A stretch of 64,000 nucleotides of DNA, from assembly GCA_050952525.1 (NCBI GenBank), contig JBMNLC010000001.1:231992-295991 (forward strand), in the 5' to 3' direction. The position numbers were made by a program, and so were the translations under genes. Shown here in pieces: positions 57,429 through 64,000 of this stretch (its first letter is position 1; the number at the start of each line of letters is the position of its first letter). This DNA is from Clostridia bacterium (GTDB taxonomy: Bacteria; Bacillota; Clostridia; Christensenellales; JBMNLC01). Under the pieces are notes generated by a model. That model saw only the letters and a program-made list of their open reading frames with translations, was not told where the DNA came from and searched no databases.

Positions 57429-59222
57429 ATGTTATATCCGATTATGACGGAAACGCGCCACCTGCTTGATCTAAACGGAATTTGGAGCTTTCAGCTGGAC
57501 AAGGGAAGGGGATTTCAAGAGGGATGGTATGAAAAGGGTTTGCCGGAGGGTATTGAAATGGCGGTACCCTCATCCTTTAATGACCTGGTGGAAGGAGCTG
57601 AGTTCAGGGATTATGTGGGTTATGTATGGTATGAAAGAGAGTTTTCTTTACATAAGGACCTGCTGAGCCAGCGGATTGTCCTGAGATTTGGTTCAGTGAC
57701 CCACCATGCAAAGGTATATATAAACGGCCGTTTCGTGGTGGAGCACAAGGGAGGCTTTACTCCTTTTGAGGCGGAGATCAGCGATTTGGTGACAAAAGGT
57801 AAAAACAGGATAACGGTAGCCGTGGGCAACATACTGGATACCTCCACCCTCCCTGTGGGTAAGTATTTGGAAGAGGACACCCCAGAGGGGAAAATTGCGA
57901 AATGTATTCCGAATTTCGATTTCTTCAACTATGCCGGTATTCATAGACCTGTGAAAATCTATACCACCCCGCAAAGCTATATCAAAGACATTACCATTGT
58001 GACAGATATTGTAGATTCCGATGGAATTATCCGGTACGAAATTGCAGCTTGCGGAGGAGGGCGTATCAGGGCTATTGTTTTGGATGAGGAAGGAAAGGAA
58101 ATCGCCGCATCGGAAGGGGCCAGGGGTGAAATGAGCATTCGGAATGCCAGGCTCTGGGAGCCCCTCAATGCCTATTTGTATACACTGAGGGTGGAAATGC
58201 GGGAGGATCGAGACCTTGTAGATGTGTATGAAGAGCCCTTTGGAATCCGAACCGTAGAGGTTAGGGAAGGTAAATTCCTCATTAACGGAAAGCCTTTCTA
58301 TTTCAAGGGTTTTGGAAAGCATGAAGACTCCCTTATCCATGGAAGGGGTTTTGATGAGGCTGTAAATGTAAAGGATTTTAGCTTGATGAAGTGGATTGGA
58401 GCGAATTCCTTCCGGACCTCCCATTACCCTTATTCTGAGGAAATGATGAGGATGGCCGACCGGGAGGGCTTTGTCGTCATCAATGAAGTACCGGCCGTTG
58501 GACTTCATTTGAACTTTGGTATGGGTTTCCCCAGGGACGGGAAAAGAAATACCTGGAAGGAGATCAAAACCTTCGAACACCACCGGCAGGTTATTCGGGA
58601 GACGGTGTCAAGGGATAAGAATCACCCCTGTGTCGTCATGTGGTCAGTGGCCAATGAACCGGCATCGGAGGAAGAGGGAGCCCATGAATATTTCAAGCCC
58701 TTGGTAGAGTTGACAAGGGGATTGGATCCCCAGAAGCGTCCTGTAACCATCGTATCCATGATGAATGCCACACCGAATAAATGCAAGGTATCTGATCTTG
58801 TCGATGTATTGGCACTAAACAGGTATTACGGTTGGTACGTAGAGGGTGGAAACCTGGAAGGGGCAAAGAAAATGCTGCGGGCAGAGCTGGAGGAATGGAC
58901 CAGGCGGTGTCCTGATAAGCCCATTATGTTTACGGAATATGGTGCCGATACGATTGCAGGTTTTCATGATACTACCCCTGTTATGTTTACGGAGGAATAC
59001 CAGGTGGAGTATTATCGTGCCAATCATGAAATCATCGATCAGTTCAAGAACTTCATCGGTGAGCAGGTGTGGAACTTTGCAGATTTCATGACCTCTCAAG
59101 GGATTATCCGTGTGCAGGGGAATAAAAAGGGCATCTTTACCAGGGACAGAAAGCCCAAGATGATTGCTCATGAATTGCGCAAGCGCTGGAAGCGTATACC
59201 GGATTTCTATTACAAGTCATAA
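57429..59222 (+). CDS. uidA: beta-glucuronidase (GH2)
   Basis: GGGAGG precedes ATG 57429. It is collinear with E. coli GUS as I recall it: [35 protein letters not shown] (acid/base), MFTEYGADT (nucleophile), and [29 protein letters not shown] with the N-x-K glucuronate-recognition motif. Confidence 0.9.
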   Translation: MLYPIMTETRHLLDLNGIWSFQLDKGRGFQEGWYEKGLPEGIEMAVPSSFNDLVEGAEFRDYVGYVWYEREFSLHKDLLSQRIVLRFGSVTHHAKVYINGRFVVEHKGGFTPFEAEISDLVTKGKNRITVAVGNILDTSTLPVGKYLEEDTPEGKIAKCIPNFDFFNYAGIHRPVKIYTTPQSYIKDITIVTDIVDSDGIIRYEIAACGGGRIRAIVLDEEGKEIAASEGARGEMSIRNARLWEPLNAYLYTLRVEMREDRDLVDVYEEPFGIRTVEVREGKFLINGKPFYFKGFGKHEDSLIHGRGFDEAVNVKDFSLMKWIGANSFRTSHYPYSEEMMRMADREGFVVINEVPAVGLHLNFGMGFPRDGKRNTWKEIKTFEHHRQVIRETVSRDKNHPCVVMWSVANEPASEEEGAHEYFKPLVELTRGLDPQKRPVTIVSMMNATPNKCKVSDLVDVLALNRYYGWYVEGGNLEGAKKMLRAELEEWTRRCPDKPIMFTEYGADTIAGFHDTTPVMFTEEYQVEYYRANHEIIDQFKNFIGEQVWNFADFMTSQGIIRVQGNKKGIFTRDRKPKMIAHELRKRWKRIPDFYYKS

Positions 59223-59298
59223 GTTGCCATTGGTATCCTTAGAAATTAAAGAAAGGTCATATATGAGTATGAAAAGAATAAAGGGAGGGGAAGGGAAG

Positions 59299-60198
59299 AT
59301 GGAAGAGAATAAAAAAACGGATTTTACAGACTGGAATTGGGATCTTTTGATCAAAGACCGCAATGAAATGTGGGCCCGGATGTGGGAGGAATTCAAGGCG
59401 GACGGCCTGGAACCAGTTAATCTTTGGCCGGAGGGAGCTCCGAACTACAGACTCGCATATGGACAAGAGCAGCCCAGGCTCTTAATCCTTCCTGCACATA
59501 AGGACAAGCCTCGAGGTATACTCATCGTATGTGCAGGTGGGGCATTCAAATTCAAGTCTCCCAATGAGGCAAAGCCGGTTGCGGAATTCTTTCACGCAGC
59601 AGGCTTGAATGCGGCGGTTCTTGACTACCGGGTAGAACCCTATGGACAATTGGATGCATGTGAAGACGCAAAACGTGCCATCCGTTATCTGAGATATAAA
59701 GCAGAGGAGCTGGGGATCCTGGCTGACAAGATTGCCATCGGAGGTTTCTCGGCGGGCGGAATGCTGACGGGTATGGCAGCAACGCGCTTTGATTATGGAA
59801 TTCCTGAATCGGAGGATCCCATCGAAAGAGTTTCATCCCGGCCGGATGCGGCGATTGTATGCTATGGGGCTTTTTCGCCCGCTTCAAGTGTGGGTTCAGG
59901 TCTTGGCTATGACATCAAAAAACAGAATGAAATTGCCAGGATGGACAATTCCAAGAATTTACGCTATGACAGTCCTCCGTTTTTCCTCTTCCAAACACAC
60001 CAGGATGATCCCCGTAGTGTGCTAATCATGGGTAAGGAGCTTGCGGACAGGGGAATTCCCTTTGAGATCCATACTTTTCAGAACGGGCCTCATGGAGGAG
60101 GACTCTATGACGGGAAGAGTGAGGATTCACCATATTTCCCCCATACAGCAAAGTGGGCGCATCTTGCAGTGGAGTGGTTGGAGGAGCTGGGATTCTGA
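59299..60198 (+). CDS. alpha/beta hydrolase (esterase)
   Basis: A purine-rich SD precedes ATG 59299. It has the GGFSAGG nucleophile elbow and a late HGGG. Confidence 0.75.
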   Translation: MEENKKTDFTDWNWDLLIKDRNEMWARMWEEFKADGLEPVNLWPEGAPNYRLAYGQEQPRLLILPAHKDKPRGILIVCAGGAFKFKSPNEAKPVAEFFHAAGLNAAVLDYRVEPYGQLDACEDAKRAIRYLRYKAEELGILADKIAIGGFSAGGMLTGMAATRFDYGIPESEDPIERVSSRPDAAIVCYGAFSPASSVGSGLGYDIKKQNEIARMDNSKNLRYDSPPFFLFQTHQDDPRSVLIMGKELADRGIPFEIHTFQNGPHGGGLYDGKSEDSPYFPHTAKWAHLAVEWLEELGF

Positions 60199-60290
60199 TT
60201 TGGCAGATCAAGGGACGTCTTGTCCCTTTCTTTCGCTGAAAAACACTATTTTTTATTTTTGCCTGTTGAAATTACAAAAGGAGAATTGTC

Positions 60291-60663
60291 ATGGAGATAA
60301 AAACTGTCAGAAAGAACAACGTGGAGATTGCCATTGTAAAAAGCCAGGAGACAATCATCAAGGATGTTCAGTCAGCCTTAGATCTAATTGCCACCGTTTC
60401 AATATGAAAAGGGTAGCAACTCTATTGTCTTGGACAAAGCAGCGGTTTCAGAGGACTTCTACAACCTGAAAACAGGGCTTGCAGGAGAGATATTGCAAAA
60501 GTTTGTAACGTACTATGTAAGGCTGGCTATTGTCGGTGATTTTTCAACCTACCAAAGTAAAAGCCTGAGGAATTTTATCTATGAAAGCAACAAGGGAAAG
60601 CATATCTTCTTCCTACCCGATCCAGAACAGGCTGTTGAAAAATTGAGCGGCTTCCCTGAATAA
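60291..60663 (+). pseudogene. DUF4180 domain protein, frameshifted as assembled
   Basis: MEIKTVRKNNVEIAIVKS..DALDLIATV, then (other frame) YEKGSNSIVLDKAAVSEDFYNLKTGLAGEILQKFVTYYVRLAIVGDFS.YQSKSLRNFIYESNKG. The junction lies within 60385-60400, which includes a T3 run. Confidence 0.6.
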
Positions 60664-60733
60664 GCATATCATGGCTGCTATCATACAGCCGGTGAATGTA
60701 TTTGTATTATAGAAGGGGCGATGAATCATATGA

Positions 60734-61084
60734 AAGTATATAGAGATTGCCGAAATCCTGCGTGTCTGCCAGTTGTCTGGTAGTGTATATATTGCGCTCC
60801 TACAAAAGGATAGGGAAGGCTTGACAGGAATCGGGGATGGGGATACGGCTGTATTTCGTTATGTTCAATGGGATAAACCGGCAAAGGGGGTATCTATGGA
60901 AGCCACCGGAAGCGGGAAGGTGGAAATCTATCTGGACGGTGAAGAAAAACCATCGGGACATATCATATTGGACAAAGGACTTGTTTTATCTTCTGAATTT
61001 CATGGTCCTTCGGGTAAGCATGAGATAAAGCTTAAGTTTGATAAGGTTGATGGCTTGGAGGTTTATACACTATCCTTTTCCTGA
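60734..61084 (+). CDS. small carbohydrate-binding-module-like protein or fragment
   Basis: IGDGDTAVFRYVQWDK...GSGKVEIYLDG......I.L......H.IKLKF....LEVYTLSFS resembles CBM6/35-type beta-sandwich tails. The start is unclear: ATG 60721 is in another frame. Confidence 0.3.
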   Translation, partial: KYIEIAEILRVCQLSGSVYIALLQKDREGLTGIGDGDTAVFRYVQWDKPAKGVSMEATGSGKVEIYLDGEEKPSGHIILDKGLVLSSEFHGPSGKHEIKLKFDKVDGLEVYTLSFS

Positions 61085-61233
61085 AAGGGACCAGGAAATG
61101 AAAACAGAACAGGAAAAAGACAAAATAAACGACTTGTTATATCAAATAATGAACTGGATGGCTTCCATCAATCGTTTTACAATAAAGATAGCGTCACAGC
61201 CTGGAAAGAAAATCGATAAAGGAGGAAAAGAGC

Positions 61234-62127
61234 ATGTCATTGGTTCGTTTTAACTTTGAAAGTCAGTATCTTGGTAACAATCATGAGATAGGGATTATCT
61301 TGCCCGATAAGCCCCGGGATAAAAGCCCCAGGGAGTTTTATGGCAGTGGTGCAAAATATCCTGTCCTCTGGCTGCTCCATGGCACTTTTGGGGATTACTC
61401 GGACTGGATACGAAAATCCAACATTGAACTATATGCCTGCGAAAGAGATTTGATCGTGGTCATGCCCTCTGCCATGAACAGCGATTATGTGAATTGGCCT
61501 GCCTTTGGCACCGGCTACAATATGTGGGATTATTTCACAGAAGAGCTCATGCCCCTGATCTATAACTGGTTCCCAGCATCCGATAAGCGTGAGGATAACT
61601 TTATTGCCGGTCTTTCCATGGGCGGTGGCGGTACATTGAAGATCGCCCTGGGACACCCGGAGAAGTTCGCTGGGGCTGCCATTCTTTCGTCCTCGGCGCG
61701 TGATGTCAGCTATCTGAAGCCCTATGCGGATTTGACGGCGGATGAATTCCGAAGGAAGGCCCTTGCCGGTGAAATAGATATTCCGACTCCTTTCCGCGGT
61801 GCTATGCCCATGCGACAGATCAACTCCATTACCAAATATGATACAGTAAGAGATTATCTGGATTCTGTTGAAAATACCTGGGACCGTCTGGCCGAGCTTG
61901 CTTCCACAGGCAAACTGCCCCGGATCTATGCAGCGTGTGGAACGGAAGACTTTGGCTATAAGAACTTTTTAAAATTCAAGGAATATGCCCAGGAGTTGGA
62001 TTTAGACGCAGAATTTGAGGAAATAGAAGGTTATAGCCATGAGTGGCGCTTCTGGGATCTGACCATCCAGCATGCTCTTCGTTTTTTCGGCCTTGACAAG
62101 ACGGATGATGCCGGAAACCCATTTTGA
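61234..62127 (+). CDS. esterase family protein (esterase D / CE1-like alpha/beta hydrolase)
   Basis: AGGAGG precedes the ATG. Motifs: YPVLWLLHG, nucleophile elbow GLSMGG, and a late H (YSHEW). Confidence 0.8.
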   Translation: MSLVRFNFESQYLGNNHEIGIILPDKPRDKSPREFYGSGAKYPVLWLLHGTFGDYSDWIRKSNIELYACERDLIVVMPSAMNSDYVNWPAFGTGYNMWDYFTEELMPLIYNWFPASDKREDNFIAGLSMGGGGTLKIALGHPEKFAGAAILSSSARDVSYLKPYADLTADEFRRKALAGEIDIPTPFRGAMPMRQINSITKYDTVRDYLDSVENTWDRLAELASTGKLPRIYAACGTEDFGYKNFLKFKEYAQELDLDAEFEEIEGYSHEWRFWDLTIQHALRFFGLDKTDDAGNPF

Positions 62128-62202
62128 GGCTACAAGGGAGATAAGAAGACAGGATTGTAAACGTGATGGATAGACTGGGAGTGCAAAGGAGGATATAGGA
62201 GA

Positions 62203-64000
62203 ATGAAACGAATACTCTTCAATTTTGATTGGAAATTCACGGAAAGCGCAGGGCGTTTCCTCATGATGGGAGGAGGGGAGGAGATGGAAACCGTTCATCT
62301 TCCCCATGACTATATCATCAACAAGCCCCGGACGCCCGACAGTCCAGGCGGTGCCTCAACAGGCTTTTTCCCTGGGGGACAAGGTAGCTATATCAAGGAA
62401 TTTGATATGCCCGAGGAGTGGAAGAACAAGACAGTGCTTTTGGATATCGATGGAGCTTATATGAACTCTGAGGTGTTCTTGAACGGAGACAAGCTGTTCC
62501 ATCATCCCTATGGCTACACAGCCTATCAGGTGGACCTGACTCCACGGCTCAGGGATGATATAAAGAACAACCTGCGAATCACCACCCAGTCCTTTCAACC
62601 TTCTACCAGATGGTATTCCGGTGGAGGACTGTATCGGGAAGTATCCCTTTTGATCGGAGGGAAGTGTTATATTCATCCGTGGGATGTATTCGTGACGACA
62701 CCGGAGGTCAGTGATGAGAGGGCAGCCGTGCACGCTGCCATTGAAGTGACCAATACCCTTGAGGAAGAAGCGGAGGCCGAGCTGGATATTTTTGTGGTCG
62801 ATGAAAAGGGAGTGACGGTAGCGGAGTCCCACTGCAAAGCAAAACTGCAGCAAAATGGAAAAACACCCCTGGCAGTCGATCTTACCGTAGACTCACCCCT
62901 TCTTTGGGATGTGGACGATACCCATTTGTACACCCTGGTGACCGTATTGAAGGTCGATGGAGAGGAAGCCGATCGGGATGAAACGGTATTCGGTATCCGC
63001 AAGATTGAGATCGATGTCAGGAACGGTTTTCGTCTGAACGGCAGAAAGATGAAACTGCGGGGCGGCTGTATCCATCATGATAACGGCCTCCTTGGTGCAT
63101 GTGCATTCCCAAGGGCGGAGGAGAGGAAGATCGAAATTCTTAAGGAGGCGGGATACAATGCCATCCGTACCGCCCACAATCCGCCTTCAAGGGCTTTGTT
63201 GGATGCCTGTGACCGTATCGGGATGTTGGTGATCAATGAGAGTTTCGATATGTGGCGCACCCGGAAGAATCCCCTTGATTACCACCTGTATTTTGAGAGC
63301 TGGTGGAAGTTTGATACCCGGGCTATGGTACTGAGGGATCGAAATCATCCCTGCATTTACTGCTGGTCCATCGGGAACGAGGTGCCGGAGCTTCTGGGCG
63401 TATCCGACGGTGCCTATTGGACCAAGGTACAGGCGGATTACGTGCGCTCCCTTGATCCGACCAGGCCTGTATCAGCCTCTGCCAACGGCTTTACAGCTCC
63501 CGTTCCCGGCAAGCCGCCCGTACCCCATGATACGAAGAAGGAAATGCAGGGCAAGCCAACCCTGGGTCTGCCTGCAAATGGAGAGGATCTCTGGGGCGAG
63601 CAGACCCGTGAACCGGCCAAAGCCCTGGATATTTACGGATACAACTATCTGTATGGCCGTTATGCATATGATAAAAAGAAGTTCCCTGAGCGGATCATCC
63701 ATGCCACTGAAACTCATCCCTTCCATACTTATGATTATTGGAAGGCCATGATGGAGAACGACCATGTGATTGGTGATTTTATCTGGACAGCTTTTGATAA
63801 CCTGGGAGAGGCCGGCGCGGGGCGAGTCATATACGATCTTGATGCTCCCATGCGGGGACTTATTGGGGGATACCCATGGATCAGCAACTGGCAGGGAGAC
63901 CATGACCTCAGCGGGAACCGCAAGCCCCAGTCCTACTACCGTAAGGTCATGTGGGGGCTTGATAACGGTATTCATGTATTTACAACCCATCCTTCCCTGA
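62203..64000 (+). CDS. glycoside hydrolase family 2 (beta-galactosidase-like), 5' part; runs off the window end
   Basis: Not in the supplied ORF track. AAGGAGG precedes ATG 62203. I translated about 599 codons with no stop. Motifs: FNFDWKF, sugar-binding LDIDGAYMNSEVFLNG, IRTAHNPPS and WSIGNE (acid/base). Confidence 0.85.
   Translation, partial: MKRILFNFDWKFTESAGRFLMMGGGEEMETVHLPHDYIINKPRTPDSPGGASTGFFPGGQGSYIKEFDMPEEWKNKTVLLDIDGAYMNSEVFLNGDKLFHHPYGYTAYQVDLTPRLRDDIKNNLRITTQSFQPSTRWYSGGGLYREVSLLIGGKCYIHPWDVFVTTPEVSDERAAVHAAIEVTNTLEEEAEAELDIFVVDEKGVTVAESHCKAKLQQNGKTPLAVDLTVDSPLLWDVDDTHLYTLVTVLKVDGEEADRDETVFGIRKIEIDVRNGFRLNGRKMKLRGGCIHHDNGLLGACAFPRAEERKIEILKEAGYNAIRTAHNPPSRALLDACDRIGMLVINESFDMWRTRKNPLDYHLYFESWWKFDTRAMVLRDRNHPCIYCWSIGNEVPELLGVSDGAYWTKVQADYVRSLDPTRPVSASANGFTAPVPGKPPVPHDTKKEMQGKPTLGLPANGEDLWGEQTREPAKALDIYGYNYLYGRYAYDKKKFPERIIHATETHPFHTYDYWKAMMENDHVIGDFIWTAFDNLGEAGAGRVIYDLDAPMRGLIGGYPWISNWQGDHDLSGNRKPQSYYRKVMWGLDNGIHVFTTHPSL

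Noticed and set aside
57693-58583. 296-aa minus-strand ORF.
   Set aside because: It is antisense to the beta-glucuronidase gene, which is collinear with known GUS over its full length.
62356-63990. Several minus-strand ORFs of 94-172 aa at the right end of the window.
   Set aside because: They are shadows of the unlisted plus-strand GH2 gene (62203 to the end).
1-64000. Search for CRISPR arrays, rRNA, tRNA, toxin-antitoxin pairs, integrases and recognisable defence systems.
   Set aside because: No regularly spaced direct repeats, rRNA- or tRNA-like sequences, integrase/recombinase genes, or known defence gene combinations were found by eye. The only tandem repeat is the 65-bp IS-end duplication.

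Overview
The window looks like an accessory-rich chromosomal stretch of a Firmicutes-type genome, with GGAGG-type ribosome-binding sites and spore-former-style genes (DUF2935, a cupin with a Tyr/Pro-rich N-terminus). I cannot name the organism.

Content:
- A higher-G+C block of zinc-ribbon and transmembrane proteins at 1-4580. It ends where a GH125 alpha-mannosidase gene is 5'-truncated.
- Four insertion-sequence elements or remnants. There are two different IS3-family copies with A7G slippery sites. One IS256-like 5' remnant keeps its left inverted repeat. One complete IS256-family copy splits a small zinc-ribbon gene with an 8-bp target duplication.
- Two MATE exporters, one paired with a MerR/GyrI-like regulator, and a tandem pair of ABC exporter genes.
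- A DUF1538 membrane protein plus tandem P-II-like protein operon behind a textbook promoter.
- A membrane fatty-acid desaturase, a LysR-flavodoxin divergent pair, and a UvrD-like helicase.
- A carbohydrate, uronate and esterase theme: GH140-like, a large glycoside hydrolase, two esterases, uxaA, beta-glucuronidase, two more esterases, and a GH2 that runs off the window end.
- A lipoprotein serpin.

No rRNA, tRNA or CRISPR array was seen.

Main caveat: at least ten genes are broken by single-nucleotide indels sitting in short homopolymer runs. That pattern fits homopolymer sequencing error at least as well as real decay, so most 'pseudogene' calls hold only as assembled.

No recognisable complete novel multi-gene system stands out. 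The best second-look candidates are:
- the high-G+C zinc-ribbon block;
- the DUF1538/tandem-PII module;
- a GNAT-ParB/Srx-like fusion;
- a GNAT-Nudix fusion with its phosphatase neighbour;
- a roughly 135-170 nt rod-like palindromic element next to the first IS3;
- the duplicated right end of the IS256 copy.

G+C statements come from spot counts of a few lines, not a full calculation.
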